DNA of 64,000 nucleotides from Lama guanicoe. Taxonomy: Eukaryota. Of the stretch, positions 24,627 to 36,800 are shown in pieces. The stretch is taken from assembly GCA_013239625.1 (NCBI GenBank), contig MU056000.1, positions 7,415,214 to 7,479,213 of the forward strand. The letters run 5' to 3'. Within the stretch, counting starts at the first letter, position 1; each line of letters opens with the position of its first letter. The position numbers and the translations under genes were made by a program. The notes below the pieces were generated by a model. That model was not told where the DNA came from and did no database searches. It saw nothing but the letters and a program-made list of their open reading frames with translations.

Positions 24627-25894
24627 GTATGCCCCCACCTGTCCCGCATGGCCCTGCGGTCCCGGGAAGTGCCGGGTTTGCTCCTTTAAGGAATGAATGT
24701 GTGTCGAAGGGAGGCATCACCCCCTAGAACCAGCCTAGTGTATGGCTGTCATCATTCGCGCTGAAACAAACAAAAGCGAAAGCACCTGTTTCCAGGGTGG
24801 GTGGGAGGTCGCAGCACTGGTCACCCCACAGGACAGCCCTCCTTGTCCCCTGTGGGCTTCTTCCTCATCCTCCTGCCCGTATTTGTTCTTCTTCAGAACT
24901 GTGCGGTCTGGTCTTGGCTCTGAGTGGAAGACGGTCCTGTTGAAGGTGGGCAAAGTAGAACAAGTCAAAGATGTGCGTCAGAGTGTTACGCCTGCCCCTT
25001 CCGGAGGGACCAGGAGTCCTGTGACTCGTGCTAGCCATTAACTCTCCAGGCTGCTCTTTGAAGCTTTGAGAAGGTCTAGGACACTGAATAAAGCCTTTTT
25101 TCTACAAAAAAGAAACAGGGGACACGGAGGGGCTTTTGTACCTGGGAGGGTCCTGCTAGGTTTCAGTCCCCCTTTTTCTTTGATACCCATCAATCCTGAG
25201 GGGAACAGGGGTCGGGGAACAACAAAGGGATTACAGTTTTGGGTTGAGAAATTAATCACAAGCCGGGATGGCAGGGGAACTCGTGGAATAGGGGTCTCAG
25301 TCTCAATGCGTGGCCGTTTCCTTCTGCGCTGCGTCACCGAGTGGAACATTCTGGGGCTGCAGCCCCCCTTTGCCCTTTGCGGCCTCCTTATCTTGGAGGA
25401 AGCCCTTCCTTCTCTGAGCCTCCCTGTCCTCATCTGTGAAATGGGGGCAGTGACTTCTTCCCACCGCCCTGAGGATGAACCACGACACCACTTTGTAAAC
25501 TCTCTGGGGCTTGACAGAGTGAATGAATTATGAAGCTGAATTGCCCGCGACTGTTCTCTAGTTTTTCTCTTTCACTCTGAAGTGGAATCAGTGATCATCT
25601 TTCCAGCACAACCTTCTTGAGTTATTCTGAGAATTAAACGCGGAAGCGTACGTGAAGGGCTGGGCGCTGCGGGAGCATCTAACCCCTCAGTCTCACTCAA
25701 TGGGAGATGCTGATGTCACAGTATTTAATTTCATTACCTTAATTTATTTTGGTTTTGTTCTTGGCGCTGGGTGCAGGCATTCTATGTGCTCCCAGAGGGG
25801 TGGCATTCCCCCATCTCAGTATCTTGAGGACAGAATTAAAATTCTTCCAGGCATCAGTCTAGACCAGCAGTTCTGTTTAGGCAACTTGCTGCTG

Positions 25895-26330
25895 CTGCTT
25901 TTTTTAAAATAAAATTTATTTTATTAAAAATAGAATCTTCTATTTAAAACAAAATCTATTTTGGAATAACTTCAGGTATATGGAAAAGTGACAGAACCGT
26001 AGAGAGAGCACGCACTCAGCCCTCTCTCAGCGCCCTGTGTTAACATCTTACCCAGAGGCCGAAGCTACACACGACTAGTCAGTAAACCCCAGGCTTTATT
26101 CAGATTTCATCAGTTCTTCCATTAGTGCCCCCTTTCTGTTCCAGCATCACAGCCTGGCTCCCACATTTAGTTGTCCCATGTCCCCAGTCTTTTCCGGTCC
26201 CCGAAAGTTTCTCAGTCTTTACTCTTTGTTCATGACGGGGTTTTGACACCCGCCAGTGAGTCGTGTCCCCTAGTCTGAGGCCATCTGTCCTTTCACTTTT
26301 GATTAGATCAGGATATAGGATTCACAGCCT
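25895..26330 (-). mobile_element. L1MC-type 3' fragment
   Basis: tattttggaataacttcaggtatatggaaaag...ctttattcagatttcatcagtt...cacatttagttgtcc. Confidence 0.55.
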
Positions 26331-27464
26331 GCGTTGGATTGTTTTTCTCTCCTGCTTTAACTGGAGGGCGTCAGGGGATGCTGTAAGAAAAACAAATTCA
26401 GTAAGCGAAGATGGAGGCTTCAAAGAGGAAAACCTTCTTGGGAATAAAAAAAGATCTTCATTAAAATTAGTCCTATTGATTGTGCTGTTGACTCAGTGAT
26501 GGTGTCATTTTCTTTAAAGCGGGTGCCAGTTTCCGGGGAGTTGAGGCCCCGCGGGTCCTGGATCAGCAGCATCAGTGAGGGGCGGTGCCTCCCGACTAGG
26601 GGATTCTGCCGCTTTTATGTCTGAGAGGCGCTTCCCCTGCTTTTGCTGCTTCTGGATCTCATTATAATTGAGTGTAGATCTTTAGCAATTTACTTTTACA
26701 ACCAAAACTTACGATGTCAATCCAGGCGTTTTCCCCCGAGAACCTGAATTACAAACCCTTCTGTTTCTAGGCCAGTGGCCTTCCAGTCACTCTGGAAGCG
26801 CGCAGGGTTTGCTGTCATTCTTTTCCCTGGTCTGGTGGGGGTTTCAGGCCTTTACAGGATCACAGAACCACCTTTCAGATCTCACAAGAGGTGGTCTCAC
26901 TGCTTAGGGGCAGCGTCCAGTGCTAACGGGTTTTCTCCCCACTCAGTTATTTGGGTAACAAATTTGGCATTAGGTTTTCTATGCCCTCCCTCCTCTGTGT
27001 CCTCCTCTGTGAGCACAACCCCAGCAAAACCTAGAAGTACCCACACGAGTGCAGACCCTGGGCGGCCATCCCTGAGCTGCACGTGGTCAGAGCAGAAGGA
27101 CACATACAACCAACTTGGAAATCAGGACCCCTGGTCTCAAACTCCAGCTCCTCCACTCAGCCTCTCTGTACCCCGGGCCAGTCCCCTCCTGCTTGGGCTG
27201 CGCCCCTCTTCTCTGAAATGCGGTGAATGTCAGTAGCTCGCGCAGGAGGTCAGGCCGGGGGCTGAATGGGTTCACGGGTGTGCGGCCCTCGGACGCGTGC
27301 CTGGTGTGGAGGGAGCGCTCAGTCAGTGTTGTTCTCATTATTGTTACGGGGGGATTTCGGTGTTCAATGATTATTATGTGAACGAAAACCTATGGTATGT
27401 TTTTCCCTTTGAAAAATATCCTGTGATGAGATGTTTCTCAAGGGGGATAGCAAACATGTAAGGT

Positions 27465-27658
27465 GAGGTTTCTTAATCCTGGCACTGCTGGCGTCTGGGG
27501 GTAGATAATTCTTCCTGGGGCTCGTAGGGTGTTTAGCAGAACCCCTGAACTCTGCCCGCTAGGTGACGTAGCACCCCCCAGTTTTGACCACCAAAATATC
27601 TCCACACGATGTAGAGCGTCCCCTGGTGGGAAAGTCGCCTCCTGCTGAAAACCGCGGA
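27465..27658 (-). mobile_element. MER20 DNA transposon
   Basis: gtttcttaatcctggcactgctggcgtctgggggtagataattctt...gtgtttagcagaacccctg...ctgctgaaaaccgcgg. Confidence 0.7.
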
Positions 27659-29141
27659 TGTAACTAATGTAGACGGGAAACAATGGAAGAAGTGCAAAGA
27701 GAACCCGTCCCTCTTACACGCAGCCCTCCTTCCAGCTTGTTCCGTATTCCTTCTCAGAACAGAAATCTGACACCTCTCTCAGGCGGCTTTTGAGCTGCCC
27801 ACTTAGGCTGTCCTTGTCCAGCTCGTAGAATATTTTCATTTTCTACTATTGCCTTAGCTTATACTTTGTCCCAGGAAAGTGCATTACATTCTCCTTTCTC
27901 AGTAGATGTGTATATGTTTTAAAAGAAAAAAACAACATGTGAGTGAATGTCTTCCCTGGGCGTGGTACATAGCAATAAGGACACCTGACATATTTAAACA
28001 ATTTAATAAAAACATTAAACAATGTTTTGAAGTCTTATTTCCATTTGAATATATCAATATTAAGAAAAACTAAAGCCTGTAAAGATCCCCAAATCTGGGC
28101 ATTTCTTTTGGAAATTTCTTTTACGTCCACTTGAGAAAGGTACTATGAGAGCAAGTCACAGAGTGTCATCCCGTGGTCATTCTAAATCAAAAGGCACAGC
28201 ATGATAACATGTTAATGCTTAGGGTAAAATGTGTATCACCGTCTCCTCTCTTTTTTTTTTTCAAGTGCAGTATTCTTCTGTACCTGAGTGTATTTCTGCA
28301 CCTGGGTTGGATTTCCGAGTTGCGATTTCATTATGGTCAGCAAGAACCATTTCCTTTTAGGGACGATGAGTTGTTGAGTTGGATGCCCTCCTAAAATCTA
28401 TAGATTTTCCAATAGCTCATAATCTATATGCGCTTATCAGCTCTTCTCTAACCTTGTCAGGCAGGACAGAACAATGTTAGAATTACCAGAGCTTAGGCTT
28501 TGAATAAAACTAAAACCAGGTTCTGAAAGGTTGACTTACTGGCTCTTTGGTTTTTGGCTTCACAAGGGATAATGTCGACTCTGCTGGTAAAAGTCACAAG
28601 GGTGCGGGGTTGCAGCAGGAGAGCTGCAGAGGCTTGTTAATTCAGTGGAATATTAACATCCCAAAGTCTATTTAAAATAAAGTGGCTCTGAGAAGCTGTG
28701 TGGATGAGATTTCCTCTGAAGGGAAGCAGAACTCAGAGAAGGTTGGGAGATTTCACACTGGCTCAAGAGAGCTGGCTTCCCAACCTGAAGTGTGGTGTGC
28801 GTGCTGCCACATTTGGGAAGCAAACGAGCAAACAGAGACCCTGAATCTCCCCGTGATTTCGGGGAACAAAGCAGACAGAAAAGAAGGTGTAAGCGGCTTG
28901 TGTAATGAACAGAGCAGAGGCACCCCCACTGCTGACTGTGTGGTCATCCTTGTCCAAGGCAAGCCCTGACTGTGTGTTTCTGGAAAGCCCCAAGGATATG
29001 GTATCACTCCAGAGGTTTCTTTCTGTTTATAAAAGAAAACATGAATTTCCTGTGACCTGAGAATTCGCCATGTTGGAATAGTTTTAAGTTATTAGGCAGA
29101 GAAAGGGCTCAGAGGCAGGCATTCCATCCTACTGAGGGCAC

Positions 29142-29465
29142 TGTCTTAGCCTGGGCCCTATGAAGGCAAACTCTGAGACCAGACTAGGGGCAAGGAGTCG
29201 TTCTGGAAAGCAATGCTGGGAAGCCGGCGAGGGATGAGGAAGCAAGACCAGGAATTCTGGAAAACTAACTACAGTGAGCTCAGTAGCCCGCTACCCTGCG
29301 GGCAAGTGGGAGTCAGCCTGGCTGAGACCCTGGGAAAGACTGGAATGCCTGGGGGTGGTGTGGGTGGGGCTAGAAGTAGTAGATATACCCCACATGCCCA
29401 AGATATAGGCCAGAGGTGGCACAGGAGGCCTGCAAGGACCAGTCGACCACAGGGGTCCTGTGTGA
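29142..29465. mobile_element. Old ERVL (LTR16-like) LTR remnant
   Basis: tgtcttagcctggg...ctctgagaccaga...gggatgaggaagcaagaccaggaa; diverged. Confidence 0.4.
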
Positions 29466-29679
29466 CCGGGAAGGCCTCTTGGCGGGAAAGGGAGGGACCA
29501 GAGCTGGGCTTGGAAGGGCAGGTAAGCCAGGTGGGGTGAGGGCTTGCAGAGAAATAGGAAAGAAAGTGATGCATCCGGGGCTCTGCCTGCCTCCGGCTGG
29601 TCCTGCGTGGACCCGGCCTTGACTCTTGGGGGGAGCACCCTATGAATGAGTGATAGAAGGTAGATTGTTTTTCAGAATT

Positions 29680-30010
29680 TAGAATGCTTTCTGCTTCCAA
29701 TAACAGAAACCTTGACTTGGCAGTGGCTTAAAGAATATAATCACCTGTCTATTTGTCTCAGCTCGCTAGGAGTCTTGAGGCTGGCAGTCACCGTGAAGAG
29801 CTGACCCCAGATTCCATGAGGACACCACAGACCCAGGTTTCTTCCTCTTGTCTACCCAGCTTCCCACATGCCCCCCTCTGACTCCCCACCTTCCGGCTTG
29901 TTGACTGGTCACCTCATGATCGCCAACATCGGTCCCTTTGATCAGGATGCAGCAGCCTTCTCTTTGGGGCTCGCTGACCAGCTGTAAGGGAGGCTGGGAA
30001 AGCAGGGAAC
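29680..30010 (-). mobile_element. Old MLT1 (J/K-like) remnant
   Basis: tgctttctgcttccaataacagaaaccttgacttggcagtggcttaaag...cacagacccaggtttcttcctcttg. Confidence 0.5.
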
Positions 30011-30044
30011 AAGATGGCAAGTCATGCAGATTAGATGAATAATC

Positions 30045-30235
30045 CTTACTGGGGTGGAGATGTGTGTGGTTCCCCGGGGACATTTTTGACTGTCACAGCT
30101 GGTCACGTGCTACTGGCATCTAGTGTGCAGAGACCAGGGGTGCCACTGGAAGTCCCCCAGTGCACAGGACAGCCCCCACAGCAAATGGTGATCTGGCCCT
30201 AAATGTCTGCAGTGCCGAGACTGTGGAACTCAGGA
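30045..30235 (+). mobile_element. MER20 DNA transposon
   Basis: gacatttttgactgtcacagctgg...tgctactggcatctagtgtgcagagaccaggggtgcc...gcacaggacagcccccacagcaaatggtgatctggccctaaatgtc. Confidence 0.75.
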
Positions 30236-31459
30236 TTAGACCTGTCAGAGTGCATTGCCTAGAACTGCACCCTGCGTGAAACAGAGGATTCTGTGCAGAC
30301 GGCTCACAGCGCTGAGCATGGCAGCAAGCAGACTCACTGGCAGGAGCCCAGCTCTTGTCTGTGTGGCTGGAGCCCTGGGTGAAACAACAGAGGGAGGGGG
30401 GGTGAGGATGCCAGCCATCTCATGGGCAGAAGACGTGTACGCTGGCCTTTTAGAGATGCTCCATGTTCTCTGAAAGGTATGTGTATGAAGTGCTAACCAT
30501 TGGCGCTTGTCTTTCATGATTTAATGACTGTGTCCAGGCCTTTCATATTACCCTTAACGGTAATTTCTTAAGGAAGTGAACCCCTTATTTATATCCTGAC
30601 TCAGATTCTCGGGCCGCATTACAGTCAGAACAGCCTTTGTTCCTTAGAGTCTCTGTATTTTCCGAGGTTGTTTTGGAAAGGAAGAGGCGCGCTAAACTTT
30701 TGACAGCTGTTCCTTTAGTTTTCCATTAGCATTTGAAAAATGTCTCTTTCAAGCCATGTTCATTAAGATTTTAATTTTGCAGTTTGTTCCTTTTTAAGTG
30801 ACATGCAATTAATTAAGGTTTAATGTGTCATCTATTTTTTGCAATGACATTTTTACTGCCCCCTTTCCCTTTTAGTCAGTTTATAAATTGTCCTCTAGCT
30901 AATGAGTTCCATCCTGATTTCCAGTTCCAAATAATTACTATTCTCCTAAGATGGCTGTTCTTTAATGTGTCACAGAATTAAGAGCATTACCAGGTGAACT
31001 CAGGTGAGCTGTGGGTCTGCCTGGGCCATGGGGCCACTGGGGGCTGCGGGGCAGGGAAGCCTGAGCCCCCCCACTCCCCTCCCCTGGTTCAGCACGTTCT
31101 CACCAGTCATCACACCCGGGGCTGAGCGGGATGTAAATGCAGAAGCCTCTGCCGGGCTTGGCCCTCTGGAATTTGCAGACTAGCTAATTGCCCTGCTTCC
31201 CCACGTTGCTTTGCCAGTGGAAGTATGACCAGTGGGACTTGAAATCCTGAATGATTTTTAACTGTAGATGGGGCTGAGATTGGACCAGGATGAACTGAAC
31301 AGCGGTTCCTTATTAATTTCTATTTTACTGCCACGCTGAAACGTACGGACATTTCGTCAGGCTGGGCTGAAGTTTACCTTTGCAATGTTAGGAGAGGGTA
31401 GGGGGTGGTGCGGGGGAGATTTATGAAGGAAACGACTCTTGTAAGGGAGACTGTGAGGA

Positions 31460-31980
31460 TGTAGGAGTCAGTTTTCCAAAAGTCAGAACCAGTGGGAGGC
31501 ACATACTAAGAGAGTTATCTGAGGGAACTGGCTCACGTGATTTGGGGGGTGGGTAAGCCTGGAATCTGTAGGACCAGCCAGTGGGCTGGAAACGTGGGCA
31601 GCAGCGGATGCTGCTGTCTTGAGGCTGAATTCTTTCTTCTCCAGGAAAGCTCAGCTTTGGCTCCTAAGGCCCTCAGCTGGTTGGATACAGCTCATGTTTT
31701 TGGTGATAATCTCCTCGTTGTGGGGAGTGATGGAAATGTTAGCTAGCTTGATTGTGGTGGTGGTTTCATGGGTGTGTATATCTATGAAAATTCATCAAAT
31801 TGTCCATCTGAAATATGTAGTTTACAGGAACCATACCACAATAAAATGTTTAAAAAAAAAAGTCAACTGCTTATGGATGCTAAGTGTATCTACAAAATAC
31901 CTTCACTGTCGGCCAGATTAGAGTTTGGTTAAATCCCCGAGTACTAGACCCTGGCCATGTTGACACAGAAAACTGTCATA
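31460..31980 (-). mobile_element. MLT2 LTR with an L1 3'-end insertion (~31720-31861)
   Basis: cagaaccagtgggag...gaactggctcacgtgatt...cttcttctccaggaaagctcag. The insert cttgattgtggtggtggtttcatgggtgtgtatatctatgaaaattcatcaaattg ends in aataaa and poly-A. Confidence 0.7.
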
Positions 31981-32778
31981 GAGGAAGAGGCCCCCTGCAG
32001 GGAGGTGGGAAGTGCGTGGGTGCTGAGGGCCAGGAGACCCAAGGTGAGGACTTCACTCTTACCAGCTTTGGGGCCTCAAGCCATCCCTTCCTCCACTGTG
32101 ACTACCATCTATTCTGTAATAAACTTTTATTAAATGCACGCCTCTACCAGCCAGAATGATATGTGTTAAGGAAGCAAAGATGACTAAGATGTGCCTCTGT
32201 CCTGGAGAAGCCCATAGTCTGGTAAAGATGACAGACTCATGACCAACTAACCACCAGCACGAAAAGTGAAGGACCACACATTTCTTGCAAAATAAGAACC
32301 ATAGCTGTCCTTACAACACATCTCGGAGGAAAACGGGAGATGATAAATAAGTGAGACACCAAGTGCTTTGCCAGTGACAGTTACTGTTAGTATTTTTAGA
32401 ACATTTTAGTAGCATCAGCCAAGTGCTACAAAGTACCTTTGTGGTCTGGCCATCACTCCATTGCTGAAAAGCCAAGAAATCTTATCTCTATTAAAAAAAA
32501 AATCCCACGGTTTAGGTGCTGAGTTTAGGTGGTTATATTTAGGAAAGATAAACCATTAAGTGGAGCTTTTATAGATAGGTTGTGTTATAACAGTAAACAC
32601 ATGTGAGGTGACTGTCAGATGTGGGTTCATCCTGGTGGCACAGTTCCAGGGTGGAGGAGGTTGCTAGGTTTTGGAAGTTTTGCCTTTGATCCATTTCATT
32701 GACTTTCGTTTTCTGCCTGTGGAAGGAAAATATCTTCATTGCATCCATCCATTCCTGTCTCTGCTCTGTGGTTTTCAG

Positions 32779-33608
32779 GGGCAGACGTCCAGGCCAGGGA
32801 CTCCCGCCGCGGGATGACATCCCAGGAGTGGGCGGCTTTCACAGGACGGTTCGAAGCCGTCCGTGTCTTCCAGAGGCTGCTGGAGCGACCCTGCGCGGAG
32901 CAGTTTGGGGAAAAGTACAAACCAGAGCTGCCACTGCCCCTCGAGGCGGGTCCGAAGCCTCCGGGCTCCAAAAACTGCTTGCAGAGGCTCACCGAATTTG
33001 TGCGGTCTGCGCTGACCTCCCGCTCGCGCCAAGGCCTGGAGGATGGAGGGGTTATGGACCACATGGTCAGGATGACCACGAGCCTCTACAACCCCGCCGT
33101 GGCCATTGTTTGCCAGACCGTGTGCCCCGAGGACCCCCCCTGTGTGGGAAAAAGGCGGCTGGCGGTTCAGGAAATCCTGGCGGCGCGGGGGGACCCGGAC
33201 ACGCAAGCTCAGGAAAGGGACAAGGCTGATGGCACCGAGCAACCATTCCGGACCTCCCCGGCGGCGGGGGTCTCCAGACAGGAGACCCCCAGAGCCAGCC
33301 TCCCGTCTCCCCAGCTGCCAGCTGCCCCGCGGAGGGCCAGCCTCCTGCCCCTGCAGCTGCTTCGGCGGAGCAGTGTGCGGCCGGGCGTGGTCATCCCCAA
33401 AGTGCGCATCAGCAAGGCGCCCGCGCCCACCTTCCAGCCCGAGAGGGCGGCGAGGGGCAGCACCAAGGACAGCGCCCACCTGCAGCTCCCCAAGTGGCGG
33501 TACAAGGAGGCCAAGGAGGAGAAAAGGAAGGCGGAAGAAGCAGAGAAGCAGCGGCTGGCGGCGGCGCAGAAGGAGAAGCGGACACCGTCCTGGAGGAGAA
33601 GGACGTGA
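32779..33608 (+). CDS. ANKRD33B: ANKRD33B terminal coding exon 4 ([19 protein letters not shown]...[12 protein letters not shown])
   Basis: Acceptor ctctgtggttttcag; phase-1 entry is in frame with ORF 32739..33608. It holds the last ankyrin repeat, then the C-terminus I recognise from ANKRD33B ([42 protein letters not shown]). Stop TGA at 33606-33608. Confidence 0.95.
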
Positions 33609-33850
33609 GCGGGGCAGCCGCCCGGAAGGTGCGTCCGGCGCGGGGAGGCAGGACGCCCAGCCCCGCCGCGGAGGTGCTGCTGCCCGGAGCCCCAGAGGCG
33701 GCGGCGGGGAGGCCGTGCGGCTCCGTCCCGGGAAGGATGCGCCTCCGGGCGCCCCCCGCCCCGGGCTTGCCTTTCACTCGCCGCGCACCCCTGCGCCCAC
33801 AGGCTCCTTCAGGGGCCCAGAAACCGGTTCCTGTCTGTTTGGGCCGCACC
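32780..33850. promoter_or_regulatory. CpG-rich island over ANKRD33B exon 4 and proximal 3'UTR
   Basis: Visibly very high GC and CpG density (e.g. 33610-33800 gcggcggcgggg, ccccgccgcgg), followed by an abrupt drop to AT-rich sequence near 33900. Confidence 0.7.
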
Positions 33851-36800
33851 AAGAATGAACTGGGCATAAACACAAATCAGTCTGCGTAAAATCAGTTCGG
33901 CTAGCATCAGTACACCTAGTGGGCATTTTGCCTGAAAGTCTACCTTTAGAACCTTAATTAAGAAAATTTTAGGAGCAGTTTATCAAAAGAACATTTTCTG
34001 CGTAATTTTGTATTTTTAATCACAACCAGATTTACAGCATTTTACCAGTGTATTTAAGATGGTTTTTAACACATTTGCCTGAAGACCTTTTGTTTAAAAT
34101 ACCGTTTCTAGCAATAATTAGTTGTAATATCTCTGATTTCGCACAAAATTTGTGACACTCTCCCCCCTTTTTGCTGTTTGTTTTGGTCTCTGCCTTTTCA
34201 TCTCATTGTGGGTGCCCATGAGCACTGCATGTTCTGAATTTGATTAAGTGATGCTGAATGTTTGTTTCTGCCTGATGGAGGCAGTTTACTTTTACAGAAA
34301 AATGATCAAGTAAGGTAGAAGAATCAGATTTCCTTGGATCTTAGTTTTTAAGCTCTCTTGTCCATATAGTGGTAATAATGAAGAAAAGCCAATCATCAAA
34401 GTATGAAATAGTGCAAAGAGAAGCACATATTTATTGCTAGAATTAAGTTCATTTTAAGCAGGGGACTTTTGATAAACTGGATACAAAGTCTTGAACACAT
34501 TCAAGAATAGACAAAGAGAAAAAAACTTGTTTAATAAAATGGGGGTAAATTTAATGAATTATTAGGAATAATAAAATTAAGTCATATATACACGTAGGTA
34601 AATTGAATTCAGATATCTCAAAATGTAAAAAAGATGCAAGAAGAATAAGGAACCCGGAGTTCTGCAAACTACTGAACTAGGGGGTGGGGGTAAATTCTTA
34701 GGGGGTGGGGGCTTAGAATTGAATATTAAGCAAACATGTTTCAGGCAGATTCTCCTGGAGTGAGCTTGGTTGTTTCCTCCTCGAGACTCAGTTCCAAAGG
34801 AACCCCTGGTGTGGAAGTGCTTTTACTTCCCTTTGATGACTGCCTTTGATGTTCATTTCACCCTCACGCAGGCTTTGCAGAATTCCCAAGGTGTGGGACT
34901 TTCGCAGCGCACATGTGTGATTTGCCCTGGGCCCTGCGCTCTCCGAGGGAGTTTTCTGTCCCTACCTTTTATCTCCAAAGCACTGAGAAATTCTAATGAA
35001 TCTCTGCCCATCTGGGCTGTAGAGTATCTGTCATATATGCACTACCAACAGCACTTTATTTAAATATTATCCTCCTTGGAAGCCATAGACTTAAAATATT
35101 ATAGACTGATTTGGAAGCTCTTTATTATAACCCTGGATTCACAGGGAAAATCGTGCTCCCTGGCCACGTGGTGACGAGTGCCAGCCCGTCTTGTGATGTG
35201 GGTGGGTGGCACCAGCCTCCCCTCCTCTCCTCCCACCCACAGGTGTTGAGTGTCTCACACTCATCTCTCCAAAAACCTCAATAAACTGGCTGGCAGGCTG
35301 CACCCAGCCTGTTGGGAGACAGGTTGTGATGATAACACAGCTTTTAAAGCCAGATTTTAGTGAGTTCCTCCCTCATCCCAGAAAGACACAAGAAGAGTGG
35401 CACAAAGGGCAGGACCCACTCTGAGCATCACTGGTATCAGTCAGTTGGCTGTGAATTACCCACTTGCCTATGAGTAGGGGTTGGCCAAGAACTCTTGGGT
35501 GAGATGAGAGCTGGTCCCTGAGATGGAGAGAAACACCCCTTGTCTCCCTGGCAGTTCAGTCCTTTGAGATATTTTTTGTGTTGATACACCCTCATTGCTT
35601 TGAATGGCTGGCTGTATTTTTCTCATTAAGGGGTCACTCCCTGCCCCCTCTCCTCCAGTGCCGGTGACAGACGGGCACTGATGGGTGGTGACCTCCTTCT
35701 CTCCACGTGTCCCCTCAGCTCTGTCACCACATATGGTCCCTACTGTCCCTTCTGTCTCCTTTCCTCCTCANNNNNNNNNNNNNNNNNNNNNNNNNNNNNN
35801 NNNNNNNNNNNNNNNNNNNNNNNNNNNNNNNNNNNNNNNNNNNNNNNNNNNNNNNNNNNNNNNNNNNNNNNNNNNNNNNNNNNNNNNNNNNNNNNNNNNN
35901 NNNNNNNNNNNNGCTAAATGCCTTGATCATCCCTGGCTCCACTACTCTGAGGTTTGAAAAGGGCAGAAAAGGAAGGCAATCAAGGGAGATCAACAGTGTC
36001 CATGTTGGATTATCCCGTTATGTCCTCCAAACCCCCAAGGGTGGACGGACGGCAGATTTCTCCAGCTGCTTCTGTGTAGAATTTTGGCACAGTCCCCCTA
36101 CCTCGCCCCACCCCCATTTTTTTTCTTTTAGGGAGGGAGGCTCAGTTTGCTCTCCTGACCAATGACATCACGGCTCCGCTGTACAGAGCGGGGGGCTCTG
36201 GTGTCTGCTTGCTCTCCTGACGTTTATTAACTGTAAATAGTGAATTTCAAGTTGACAGGTACCTTCTCAGGGATTTATATATAAACAGAGTTAGGGGGGA
36301 GAGTCGATGTCTATTTTAATATTTTTTAGCATTTGAGTGAGTTATGATTAAACTGGACAGAAGAACTATTTCTAAGACAGTGTCAGTGCTGCTCTTTGCC
36401 AGGGTGATACCTGGGAACTACCCCTCACATTGAGATTTGACTATTGGAAGCCCAGGACTCCGGCAGCTGAAACGGCTTTGGAGTGGTTGTGAAGTCACTC
36501 CTGAACCTCTCAGTTACCTCTTGTGGATATGAACCCTTGTATTTAAAAACAAAAATTCGCCTCTCTGTAAGTAGAGGTGACTGTGACACGCAGGTAGACT
36601 CTTCATCGCTTTCGCCTCGAGAACTGGTTGCTCCCTGTCTGAGCCTGGGGAGCATCGTATGCGGTGACAGTGCTTTCTGCTTGCTTCTGTGAATCTCATG
36701 TTCCCCAGTCAGCCCAGCACCGAGCTCCTTGCTGGGAGGGATGAGGGGAAAACTGGGAGAAAGTCACTCTGGAAGGACCTCAGTGTTCAGAGGCCATAAA

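Noticed and set aside
30700-30990. AT-rich intronic block with homeobox-like TAATTA motifs as a photoreceptor enhancer
   Set aside because: Such motifs are frequent by chance in AT-rich DNA and cannot be supported without conservation or ChIP data.
32699-33889. Long overlapping ORFs around ANKRD33B exon 4 (234 aa antisense; 250 aa and 176 aa in alternative frames)
   Set aside because: These are expected shadows of a very GC-rich coding exon and CpG island. They are low-complexity Arg/Gly/Pro translations with no splice or domain support.
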